DNA of 64,000 nucleotides from assembly GCF_009914755.1 (NCBI RefSeq), contig NC_060941.1; one strand, written 5' to 3'. A model generated the notes under the pieces. It did no database searches and was not told the DNA's origin. It was given only the letters and a program-made list of their open reading frames with translations. Positions 1-13,866 of the stretch are shown one piece after another (within the stretch, counting starts at the first letter, position 1; each line of letters starts with the position of its first letter). A program made the position numbers and the translations under genes. This DNA is from the human T2T-CHM13v2.0 reference genome, Homo sapiens.

Positions 1-1459
1 AGGGGCCCCGTGTGAGCTGGCCCATGGGGACCTGACAAGGTGCCCCGCCAAGACAAAATGGAGAGTACATTTTAAGTGGAGGACAAAGCAGAAGAAAAGG
101 AATAGAGGCAAGAAACCCAGAGCCATGTTCACAACTGGCAAGGTTAGGAGATACTGGTTCCTGGCACAGGCATGGTCCTGACCTGGCCGGCTGGCCACCT
201 CATGGTTCCCTGAGGAGAACCACTTGCCTATAGGCCCTGAGGGGGAACATTCCCCACCCAACTCTACCTCTGTTGTGGATCATGCCAAGAAAGGATTGCC
301 CAGTGATGAGATGATTGGGATTCAGACAATTGTTCAGTTAGTAGTAAATCAGTCATTGAAAACACAGACCGAGTGAGGCCATGAGGCAGCAGAGGGAGGA
401 GCTCCACGGAGGACCACAGCCCTCAAATGGCCCTCAAATGACAGTGACGGAGCTCCCCACTTCACCTCCCTGAGCCTGGGGTTCTGCTGTAAACTGAGGG
501 AAGCTTCCTCCATTGTCTTCAAGGAATTTTCCAGAAGGCTCTAAATTCTAAGAGTCTATGACTCAATTTCCATGGAACAGAACATACTTAGAGTCCTACT
601 TTTCTCTTTTGTAACAAGAGAAATTCTTGGCAACTGTTAAAGTCAAGGAAAGCAAACCAGAGTGCACATCAGCTGACTAATGTGCCTAAGGCAATTAAGT
701 CAAAATATTTTTCAAATAGTACTGAAACAGCTCATCTCCCATTAACAAATACTTCTAGACTTTCCAGACTTGTCTTGCTCAGCCCAGCTGTAGAAACATC
801 CCTTATGTGTGCTGGCCATTAGGTGGAGAGTTTCCAACCTATGAGAATGAGCTGCAGATCAGCCGCACCTGCATGTGCTCAGGCACCAGAGGACAGGCAT
901 CAACTTGGCCTCCTCAGCAGCCCCTATCTTTCCCCCACCTACTGCCAAACAGTACAGAAGGTGACTGTGAGGCTGCTCCTGCTCAGGCTGTGATGGGGTT
1001 GAACTTCATGGGGCTCTCTATCCCAGTGCTTCATTAGTTCTTACTCTGTACAAACATCACCCAAGCACCACTTCTCAGCCTCACTAAGAATCTTGAGTCT
1101 CCCACCAAGTACCATATATGTGCTTCAGGCAACCCTGTGTGGTCACTGTTGTGCCCATTCAAGTCTGAAAAACTCTGAGGCTGACTAAAGGACGGAACCA
1201 AAGGAGAGACTGAATGCAGGCTGGCCCTTCACACCACTCTGCTCTAGGAAAACTAACACAGCCTCATGTGGACAGGACCGTCTCTGGGGTTCCTGTTCGC
1301 CAGCAACATCCACTCTATCTTGTTTCAGTATTAAGCTTCTGTCACTTTAATGCATATTAATAGATGTGTTTGTCATTATTAAGGTGGAAGGTGGTTAGAT
1401 TCTGAAGGGAGGTGAGAACTGAATAGGTCCTGGGGTGCAACACAATTGCACAGAAAACC

Positions 1460-1680
1460 TGGTTAAGAACTCAAACTCTGAAATTAAACAGACCCAGCTT
1501 TGGATTCCAGTTCCACCTCTTATCAGTGTGTCACCCTGGACAAGTTACGGCAAAAGGCCTCTTTTTCCTTACATATAATGCAGATAATAGTGCCTATCTC
1601 ATAGGGGCTGCTGGGAGAATTAAGAAATAACACTTAACATATGTAAGCTACTATAATCAGCATCCACAGCAGGTGTGAGC
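1460..1680 (+). mobile_element. MIR SINE
   Basis: ggttaagaactc...tgtgtcaccctggacaagttac...gataatagtgcctatctcatagg, a degenerate MIR core. Confidence 0.7.
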
Positions 1681-1719
1681 ACATCTTTTTATCCGTGCCG
1701 ACTCAGCCTGTGGACTCAC

Positions 1720-1817
1720 CGGCATGTTATCCGGGATCAGACAGCTTGTTTCCAGCCTTCTCTAATCACCAGCACTGGACTGTCCTGACTGTCTGACTTT
1801 AGGTTTAGTTCAGGCAG
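1720..1817 (-). other. Candidate 98-nt exon ending in ATG CCG (possible start-codon exon)
   Basis: Minus strand: ttcttaatggtcacag|CTGCC...GATAACATGCCG|gtgagt. Strong donor, modest acceptor, A at -3 of the ATG, in-frame TAG upstream. Confidence 0.35.
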
Positions 1818-3052
1818 CTGTGACCATTAAGAATGACACAATGACAATGTAAAAATATGTACTGTACATATACATCGTAATACAAAATGAAAAGGCAGAA
1901 TTTAGGATGATGTACATCACCTAGGTAAATGAACACAACAGGATCCTAGGAGGCTTATAGAGACTAAGTATTAATAGTTGGTGTTTCGTGGTGAAAGAGT
2001 TATTGGTGTTTGATTTCAGTGAAAAGCTGATGAAAAAGGATCTTTTTTAAATGAGAGCTGTGGATAAGATCTGTAGTTTCATCAACCTCTTTTTTTTCTG
2101 TCCCCTCCCCATGTTGGCCACATGTTTTTCAATATTCTTACATTGTTTACCAGTAAACTGATTAATTCTGTGTATTATTCTTCCATTTCAATACTGATCC
2201 AAATTTTAATCAACAATCCATATTTATAAGGGGTTCATAATGACATTATAAAAATCAAGTCACTGCCACAGGTGTGATAATAAGCATAGCTGAGCAAGCA
2301 AGAAACAATCAGTGGCTTCATTTCCATAGTCAAGGGCACTCACATTCAAGGTCAACCTCATTCTAAAGGTAGTGGGAAGTGAGACCTGGTACCAGCTCCA
2401 GTAACAATATCTACAGTTAGACCAATCCTGTGTCAGAAACTCCTATTATGTCATCCACAGCCAATCAGAACGTGGAGTCAGCATGAAACCTTCCATACAG
2501 GGTTGCAATTCCAAACAAAAGCAAGGAAACTTGATGGTTTGGGTAGCTTTTGTATGTTCATCCTGGGTAAAAGCATAGTTTCTGTTAAGCCTTTTCAAAT
2601 GCTGAAAATGGTCCCTGGTTCCCATGGGTTCCTTTGCAGATGGCATGAGCCCAGGTCAGCTCCACCTAACAGACTGCTGGTGAGACAACTGATCATCCCT
2701 AATCATTACCTTCTTAATCACAGTTCTAAAAAGGCAGAGGCATTTGGGATTGAGGGAAGGGTTAGTGTACCAGAAAATCCTAGGCAACATCTTCAACACA
2801 CAAATGACCCAGCTCACCCCTATCCATCTTGAGGCTTATCATGATTGTGGAGTTTCACAACTGATGGATTGGAAGACATTTTTTTAATTCCCCAGTCATC
2901 ATAAGCCTATATGTGCACAACCACACACACAACTACCCCACCCCCAAACACACACACATACCCTGCCCCGGGGCCCACCCTGGAACTGAGATTCACTGGT
3001 GTAAAACAACTTGGACCATTAGGAATGCATTACACTTTAAAAACACACATGC

Positions 3053-3398
<346 letters not shown>

Positions 3399-3690
3399 TC
3401 AGGTGGAGATATAGTACCAGTTATTCCCTGGCACCAATAACTAGTTAATATAGTCTACACCTACCTTGCAAGGCACCATGTTAGAGGCAAGTGCTTTCTA
3501 ACAGGCTATTGCTGTGTAACTACATCAAAGAAGGGCAAGTCTCTATCAAGGTCAATGAACTCATTTAAAATATCTGAAGAATCAGAAATGGGCAGCTGCT
3601 TCCATAGACACAGGGCACAGTGAGACCATGTCCTGCTCCTGATCTTCACTACACATGCCTGTACTGTTTGCCCTTGAGTTGTGGCCTTAC

Positions 3691-3796
3691 CTCCTGGGAC
3701 GTGGTCCTAACCCCCCAACTCAGATCCTAGGTACAGAGCTGGCCCCCGCCAGGGCCTCCATGGACGCCCATTCCTGAAGGTCTGTTCCATTGCTGT
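3691..3796 (-). other. Candidate 106-nt non-coding (5' UTR) exon
   Basis: Minus strand: ccttctgctctgcttttggcctttag|ACAGCAATGG...CCCAGGAG|gtaagg. Good acceptor and donor; three ATGs, all closed by stops inside the exon. Confidence 0.45.
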
Positions 3797-4849
3797 CTAA
3801 AGGCCAAAAGCAGAGCAGAAGGCAGAAATAAGGGGTAAGGAAAAAAGGCAAGTGGAATAAAAAAGAAACGTGAATGCATAAAGGAACAAGAAAAAAGTGT
3901 TTCTCAGCAGATTGGGGAAAATAAGCACAAGGAGCATTTCATAACCAGAAATACAAGTACACAGCATGGAACCACACCGTCTAATCTAATTCTGGAGGTG
4001 CTATAAACCTGATGGCTGTATTGGGGCTCCATTTGACATTTCAAAGAAACAAACGCTGTAAAATTGTGATCTTGATGTTTTTCTGTTCACAGGTCCAATA
4101 TCTGCCTAACAGCAGTATCCTGTCTTTCCAGATGATTAGCGTTGAGTTTGTTGTTGGGTTTTTTTCTTCCAGCTTATGTGAGTCCTCAGAGAGCACTGTC
4201 TGCCAAAGCAAAACGCCAAAACAGGAGCAGAACTTTCTGGCCATCCATGTGCAATTAGGAGCCCATTAAATACCACCCAGATAACTCAACACCCAAAATC
4301 ATCCTCCATGGCGCAGCTGACAGCTGAGGCTAACTGGAAAAAACACCAGCTCAGGAGCAGCCTCACTGGGTCTGGATCTGTCGAATGAGGACCATGATGG
4401 TAAAACCCCACCCCTCAGCTTGTTGGGAGAAAGAATAAATGGGACGGCACTTCATACACTGTCAATTTAGGCAGTGACAGCACAGGAACATCATAATTAA
4501 CCACACTGCTCTCTCCCCATGGATCTTTATGATGGAGTAAATGACACCAAGAAATATTACCACTTGTTCTCAAAATATCCTATTGATTTGGCAGTTACTC
4601 TATTTAAATACAAAGATACAATGGTTATTTATTTCTTCAGAAAATACAGGTATTTTTTTTTTCCTCCAAAAACATTATGATTGCCATTTTAATTTCTGTG
4701 GTTAAAGAACACCTTTAGGTACTGGGCAGCGCATGACCCAGTCCAGTAAAGTGGCAGGAATTCTTGGAAAAAAGGGCCATAGAGATCCAAGTCAAACGCA
4801 GTCCTGATCTGTGAAGATGTATCAGAGGGACCCTGAACCAACAAGAACA

Positions 4850-5085
4850 ACAATCAACGTTTATGACTGCCAGCCCTCTAGCTAATCACTTTACCAACAT
4901 TATAACACTATCTCATCTAAGCCTCACAATTCTGCCAGGTAGGTACTATCATCATTTCCACATTTAATACACGAGGAAAAAGAAAGTGGTTTAGGCAACT
5001 CACCAAGGTAACAAAGCTACTAACTAGCAGAGCTAGGACTCAGGTTCCAAGGCCATCCTCTTAACCACTGTGTGGCACTGCCTCA
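4850..5085 (-). mobile_element. MIR SINE
   Basis: tctcatctaagcctcacaa...aggtaggtactatc...gaggaaa...cttaaccactg, antisense MIR. Confidence 0.75.
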
Positions 5086-5853
5086 TGCGGATGCTTCCGT
5101 TGACAAACCAATCTGGAGCCAACAGAAGCTTTCTGCAGGTGCTCTGTGCTCCAAGAAAGTGTTCCATCCACTCAGTACTTACTGAGCACATCACTGGAAA
5201 GACAAAGACTTTCACCCTATCTACCCAGGGGGAACATCAATTCTGGGGGACCTTGAGTGTAATGACAACTCAGGCAAGCACTGAAAGGTGCTTTTAAAAA
5301 GTCACAGTAATTCACAGACCAGGCTATAAAGCGCTTTTGTCTATTGTGATAGGCCCCTCAAAACTTGTTTGGGGTAAAAAGCTGCCTATTAGGGATATAT
5401 GTTCCATACTGTGAAGACTTTCTTACAAAAAGTAAACCACAGTTTACAGCAAAAAGAAACCAGCAGGCCTAGGTCATCCCTGAGTATGACCCATCCTATT
5501 CTGCTCCTCTAATTCATTGCTATACATAAGTAAATGTTCTACTACAAGTACTAAAATCATAAAAACTCCCAAATTCTGCACATCCCTTTTTGAGTGCTAT
5601 GGGAATATATTTCCATCTTTAGGGAAGTTGGTTACATTAGCCTAGGACTTTACCGAGACACAAACAAGCTATATCAGATGAGCTTTCCTATGAAATTCCA
5701 CCTGTAGCAAATGTTCATCCATATTACTGTTACCTGGTGACTTTGTTGATGACTCTGTCTTCCCCTTTACACTGGCCACCTTGGGCACCTGCAACACAGA
5801 TTTTTCCCTATGTAAACTCCTCCTTGAAATAGCAATCTAAATAGCTTAAGGTA

Positions 5854-6455
5854 CAGCCGGCTCTCCATACCCACAGGTTCCACATCCGCAGATTCAACCA
5901 ACTACAGATCGAAAATATTCGGGGAAAAAAAAATACAACTAAAAAAAAATAAAAATTTTAAAAACAATACACAATATAACAGCTATTTACATAGTATTCA
6001 CATCTTATTAGATATTACAGGTAATCTAGAGATTATTTAAAGTATATATGAGGGCTGGGCCCAGTGTAATCCCAGCACTTTGGGAGGCTAAGGCAGGAGG
6101 ATCGCTTGAGCCCCAGGAATTTGAGACCAGCCTGAGCAACACGGTGAGACCCCGTCTCTACAAAAAGTTTTAAAAATTAGCTGGGTGTGATGGCTCACGC
6201 CTGTAGTCCCAGCTACCTGGAGGCTGAGTGGGGAGGATCACCTGAGCCCAGGTTGACACTGCACTCCAGCCTGAGCGACAGAGTAAGACCCTGTCTCAAA
6301 AAATTAATTAATTTAAAAATAAAGTATATGGGAGGATGTGCATAAGTTATATGCAAATATAACACCACTTTATACAAGCGACTTGAGCATTCTCTGATTT
6401 TGGTATCTATCAGGGATCCTAGAACTAATCTCCTATGGATACCGAGGGATGATTA
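5854..6455. mobile_element. MER2-like (TcMar-Tigger) DNA transposon split by an Alu
   Basis: Ends cagccggctctccatacccacaggttccacatccgcagattcaacc and ggataccgagggatgatt are degenerate terminal inverted repeats. Confidence 0.85.
6053..6320 (+). mobile_element. Alu (AluJ-like, two internal deletions) inside MER2
   Basis: Alu body; TSD aaagtatatatgag / aaagtatatgggag. Confidence 0.93.
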
Positions 6456-6744
6456 CACTACAATACAGGAATTAATTTAAGAATAACACCTAGTTAAAGA
6501 TAAACTCTTATTTTTCCCTCAATTTATTATGCACACAAACATTTGGAGTTAGCTATAGATCTATGGCTCTCTTAATTTCACAATTTATTCACTGTTAAAT
6601 GTCTGTTTGCATAAACATTTTAATGTAAGCCAAATCTTGACAGTTGGACACGTGGAATTTGAGCTCTGAGAGTGAAGGCAATGATTGAATATTCCGGACT
6701 TACTTGTTTCCTGTCTTATAATTTGCAAAGTGGTGCAGTACTCA

Positions 6745-7600
6745 GATTGACCTCAGGGAGCTTAGAGAGGGGTGAGGAGCGAGACAATCACATAATCAAT
6801 GCAAGAACTAGGAAGTGATGTGAAGGGCACCAAGAGATCACAGTCAGCAGGGAAACCTGATCCGTTTTGAATATTAATCACAGAAGGGCCCCCTGAACAA
6901 GTGGGCATTGGGCTGACATCTCCAGGATGAGTCGAGCTGGCTAAGTGATGGCAGCGTGGGCATTCCAGAAACAAGAAGGGTAAGAGTAAGGGCCTGAGGC
7001 AGGCGCAGAGCCTCATGGGGGAATCTGAAGCAGCTTCTCGGGGGTGAGTATTATACACACAGTATGAGACAGGAGTGCGGCAGGGGCTGGGTCATGCAGT
7101 GCCTTGAAGGCCACATTGAGGATCTAGTTTTTTTCCTAAGGGAAAGGAGGAACAAGTGAAGGCTTATTGTATGTGGTCTGGAGACAGGTATGCAGGTGAC
7201 CAGATGCATATTTTGAAAAGCTTTTTCTGGCTGTAGTGTGGAAAATAAACTGGAAAGAGGCAAGAAAGGGTTCAGGAAGGTCAGTTAGACAATAACAACA
7301 TTTTAAGTGAGAGACAATGGCAGCCCGGACTAGCGGGGTGGCTGTGGAGATGGGTGAAGGGATTTGAGATTAGGAGATGAAATGCATGGAACTTGATGGG
7401 TTGCATATGGGAGTAAGGAAGAAGGTGTTCTTAAGCCCTAGGTTTTGGGCTACAAGACTGCAAGGACAGGCTCCCATTCACCAAGTCTGGGAATTTGAGA
7501 AGGGCTGGGTTTCTGGGAACATGGTAGGTTCAGTTTGGGACATTTTATTCTGAGATACTTGGTGACCTCCCAGTGTGAGTATCAGAAAGGTGTTTAAAGT
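6745..7600 (-). mobile_element. L2 LINE fragment
   Basis: Purine-rich antisense L2 motifs (ggcattccag...ggcctgaggcagg...ctggctgtagtgtggaaaataaactgg...gtgagagacaatgg). Confidence 0.75.
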
Positions 7601-7780
7601 TCTGGTTCAGTAACTGATACTATTACATGTCCACCCAGATAGGAGACTAACAGTTCCTTACAAATAACCTACAACCAGCAGAAAAATAACCTGTTGAATG
7701 ACGAAGTATTTTCATCACTGTTAAAAGTCACAAACTTCTAACAAAACTGCACAAGCAACATCTATAATAAAAACAATTTC

Positions 7781-8085
7781 AGCCAGGCGCGGTGGTTCAT
7801 GCCTGTAATCCTGAGACTTTGGGAGGCCGAGGTGGGAGAATCACGATGTCAGGAGTTCGAGACCAGCCTGGCCAACATGGTGAAACCCCGTCTCTACTAA
7901 AAACACAAAAATTAGCTGGGCATGGTGGTGGGCGCCTATAATCCCAGCTACTCAGGAAGCTGAGGCAAGAGAATCGCTTGACCCTGGAGGTGGAGGTTGC
8001 AGTGAGCCGAGATTGTGCCATTGCACTCCAGCCTGGGCGACACTGTGAGACTCTGTCTCAAAATAAATAAATAAATAAAACTAAA
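7781..8085 (+). mobile_element. Alu (AluS-type)
   Basis: Full dimer with (AAAT)n tail. Confidence 0.97.
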
Positions 8086-8211
8086 ATAAGACCATTTCAA
8101 AACTGTCTGTGTAAGTTCAATTTTTTAAAATATATCTTTCAAGAGAAAGTTAATTCCATCTACTATTCAAGATAAAAATTATTTAAATTTTGGCATTCTA
8201 ATTTAAACCAA

Positions 8212-8572
8212 TGTATTAGTCTGTTCTCATGCTGCTTTGAAGGAATACCCAAGACTTGGTAATTTATAAAGAAAAGAGGTTTAATTGACTCACAGTTTCA
8301 CATGGCCGGGAGGCCTCGGGAAACTTACAATCACGGCAGGAGACACCTCTTCACAGGGTAACAGGAGAGAGAATGAGTGCCAAGCGAAGGGGGAAGCCCC
8401 TTATAAAACCATCAGCTCTTGTGAGAACTCACTCACTATCACAAGAACAGCATGAGGGTAACCACCCCCATGGTTCAATTACCTCCCACCAGGTCCCTCC
8501 CATGACATGTGGGGATTATGGGAACTACAATTCAAGATGAGATATGGGTGGGGACACAGCCAAACCATATCA
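8212..8572 (-). mobile_element. THE1 (MaLR) solo LTR
   Basis: tgtattagtctgttctc...gggacacagccaaaccatatca, TG..CA ends, 5-bp TSD accaa/accag. Confidence 0.93.
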
Positions 8573-8719
8573 ACCAGGCAGCAAACAAGAAACTTCAAAA
8601 TGGAGAAAGAAAAATAACTGTTCCTTAAAATGAGCAAAGCAGGGTCTTTGCATCACCTAAAAAGCTCACTGATAAGCACCAATTCACTAAAAGGTTTGAG
8701 ATAACTGTAAAAAAAAGGA

Positions 8720-8900
8720 ATTAGCTTTTATTGAAGATTTATGTCCCAGACACTTCAAGACACCCCTCATTTAATCTTCATGGCCCTATGAGGCAAGAAT
8801 TATGCTTCCATTTTCTGAATAAGGAAACTGAGTCAGAGAAATTGAATAATTTGCCATGGCATAACTACTAATAAGGGCTGAAACAGAAATCAAACATGTC
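8720..8900 (-). mobile_element. MIR SINE
   Basis: ctcatttaatcttca...aaggaaactgagtcagagaaattgaataatttgcc. Confidence 0.7.
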
Positions 8901-9341
8901 TAGACAACTCCTTTTACCAATGCCCAAGACAGGAAAGGGACGAAGCTGCCATTTCCTTGGTGCCAGTCTTCTGCCTTGGAGGTCAAATAATGGGATGTTT
9001 ATTTCCAAGTTTTTTCTGTTATTACCTGCAATTAAGCAGTTATGTTCTTAGTCTTGAAATAACCTTAATTTTTAAAGAGCTGTCTTTGTCAATTCAATCC
9101 TCTCTGCTTCATCTTCTTAAAAGAGTTTTACCTAGCCATATAATCATACCCCAAAGAGCTTTGTAAATTTAGTTATAACTGTTCGCAGAATTTAGATCAA
9201 AATGTAAACTGAAACCTGGAAAATACAAATGTTTGTTTTCTGTCAAATGCTTACTGCATGTTTCCAACCCAAATCCACTAAAACGATGAATAAACTAAGC
9301 TTAACTTACAAAAAAATTTTCAAAAGCAACTTATTTTCTTA

Positions 9342-9743
<402 letters not shown>

Positions 9744-9992
9744 TTAAATAAGGACTCTAGGTGTGCTAACAGGAAATATTACAAGTCCTTACAGATGGTA
9801 AGTATATGCACTGCCTAGAAATGCATAAATGAAATCATGATAAATGAGGGGGAAAATACAAACTAGTAAGTACACTGATTATACAATGTTTAAAAATGTA
9901 AATGAATGCCTGCTATGGTAGGGTCATATGAAGCTTAACTTTCCTCTATGATCTTTATATATACAGATGTATATAAGTATGTGTATATGCAG

Positions 9993-9993
<1 letters not shown>

Positions 9994-10024
<31 letters not shown>
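9994..10024. repeat. (TG)n microsatellite
   Basis: About 15 uninterrupted TG units. Confidence 0.95.
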
Positions 10025-10027
<3 letters not shown>

Positions 10028-10244
10028 GCTCTTTGTTAATAAATGTTTAAAAGCCTATTCATCCTCCAGGAACCTAAGATAACAGCACTTGTCACTGCCC
10101 ACCCACGGGCCAGCCCACGACACCCTGTCCTGGCTCAGACACTGGGCAAGGTGACTGAGGGGACACTGAAGAGGAAGAGGGTGGAGGTGGAGTTACGAAG
10201 AGGAGGGAGCAAGCAGGGCTGTCCTCAGGCAGGTCAGACAGGCG

Positions 10245-10450
10245 CCTGGTGCAGTAGAAAGAGTATATGCTTCCAACTCAGACTGACCCCTCTGAGCAGT
10301 CAAACTCTAGCTCTGCCCCTCACCAGCTGTGTGACCTCAGGCAAGTGACAGAAACTTTCTGAGCTTCAAAATGAGAAAAATAAAGTCTACCTCCTAGCGT
10401 TTGCATGGGGAATGAAAGGAATTCTACAAAATTCCTGGCATAAGTGTCTG
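10245..10450 (+). mobile_element. MIR SINE
   Basis: ctctgcccctcaccagctgtgtgacctcaggcaagtgac core. Confidence 0.7.
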
Positions 10451-11298
10451 TCTCCTTGGATGGCTAGTCCCTCTTCTTCCTTGATCGGTTTAGAGTCAGT
10501 TGCCTGGTCGATGAAGGGGAAAGCAAGGCAAGAGTAACAATAGGGTATTGTGGGGATTAAAGGAAGATGTATGGCAATGGATCTGTCAACTGCAGCCCTG
10601 TACAAACACTGATTATTAATGTACTCTGGGACTCTGGAGTAATAGGAATAACTTCAGGGCTGAGCAGGTCACATGTGAAAAAATTTTTAAACAGCAGCAG
10701 CATCATTGGCAGTATTATACTGCTGCTTAAAAGACTTAGAATTTTGTGACTCAGTGCTTAAAATGACATTCAGAAGAAAAATAGCCTCAGGCCAACAGCC
10801 GCAATCCTTCACCCTGTGCCCAGGCTCCTGTGTCTGGGATTCAGGGCCATGCTGAAGCCAGCTGGCCTCCAGATGCAGTGACAAATCCAGGGAAAGCATT
10901 TGGGGTTGTCAGAGCTCATGGAGTGACTGCTGAGGGGTCGGTTCATGCGTCTGGAAGACAGTTGGGAACTACTGTCTAATGTCTGGCAGCTAGGTTCAGT
11001 GCTGAGCTCAGAAGCCGACCAGTGAGCAGGAAGATGCTCAGTTCTGCTTTGAACTGCGGCCAAGAGGCCAAGCGGTAATTTCATCTCTCCTCCAGTTCTT
11101 GCCGCAGGAAAACTGACAATAAGGAAAAAACAGATATGGCTGGGTCTCTCTCTCAAAAGGACACTGACACCAAAGTCCTAACTCCTCAAGAGGTCCTTCA
11201 AACAAATCTATCAAAATCTGTGAAAAGAAGCCTCACTGAATTCCAAGATCCCAAAGATAATTGTTACTCCTAAAATTTGTTGTAGTAAAAATAACAGC

Positions 11299-11850
<552 letters not shown>

Positions 11851-12020
11851 GGAACACTGCACATAATACCTAAGTAACCTATTTATGTCCTTTTTAGAAA
11901 ATTCCATATAGTTCAGAAGAGGAATGTTTATAGTTGAGTATATTTTACAAGTTGAGCATCAGGTTTTAGCTTCCATAATGTAACATTACAGCACTGTTGC
12001 TATAAGAAAGTGAAATCTAC

Positions 12021-12407
12021 CTTAAAACTCAGATGTCACTATTCAATGGTATCCTTTCCAGGAACAAAAGCCTTCCTGAGGACTATAACATGGTAATTCT
12101 CTCCTCCACGGAACCACTTTGTATAAGGTTGTTTCTGCTGGGAAAATACATTTCTTTTAGGACATGGAAAATCTAATCCAGTTGCTGTAACAAAGAAAAG
12201 GATCCTTCCAGAAAAGGGAGGAATTACTACTTCTGGGTGGTGGAAACTTGTCATATCTTGATCATACAAATAAAGGCTCCTCTGCAGGATGTGATCTACC
12301 AGGGGTTTGGAAGTAGAAATCAAAGGGCTGTTGCCACCAAGAGGACTGCAGTTTCAGACCTGTGGTGCCAGGGCCTGCCTCTGAACCAGAATCATCCTCC
12401 TCCCAGC
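12021..12407 (-). other. Candidate 387-nt internal exon (5' UTR-like, uORF-containing)
   Basis: Minus strand: tcctttgctgtactttctcacag|GCTGGG...TTTTAAG|gtagat. Unique non-repeat sequence; no frame is open end to end. Confidence 0.5.
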
Positions 12408-12563
12408 CTGTGAGAAAGTACAGCAAAGGACTTAAAAGCAGGACACAAATCCAACATATGCAGTTTTCATAACGTACTTTGTTAAAAACATGTATTCTCA
12501 AATTGTGTTACACATAATACAGGCACGCAATGCCTCCTTCATAACTAATGTAAAAAACAATTT

Positions 12564-12986
<423 letters not shown>

Positions 12987-13439
12987 AAAAATTTTTTTAA
13001 AGATAAAGCAATTTCTCTAAAAAATTAATTTCAGGCCATAAAAACCCACAAGGTCAAAGGTTAAACCCATCTTTTGACTCTCAGGGGAAAAAAGCATATG
13101 AATAACCAGGAAAATGAATACAGAGTTGGTACAGCTTTTTCAATAATAAAAATAATAAAACTGTTATTAGACAAAAATGTCTTCTTCAAAAAGACCCTTG
13201 GGGGAAACACTGGGCCTCAGCTCCTGATGTGAGTGGGGAGGTGCATCTTTTGGAAGCACTACTGTCAGGCTGTACAAGTCTCAAAATGAGGCCTGGCTGG
13301 CAGGTTCCAGCTCTGCTAATCTTACTGAGGAACAACCAACAAGGGACATTCCCAGCTGAACGCTTTAACACTCAAGGGAAAATGGTGTCTGTAACAGCAG
13401 CAAACTTTCTCTTCAAAACTTTGCATCTTATTTTAAATG

Positions 13440-13866
<427 letters not shown>

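Noticed and set aside
419-440. 11-bp tandem duplication gccctcaaatg x2
   Set aside because: Simple slippage event, only two units
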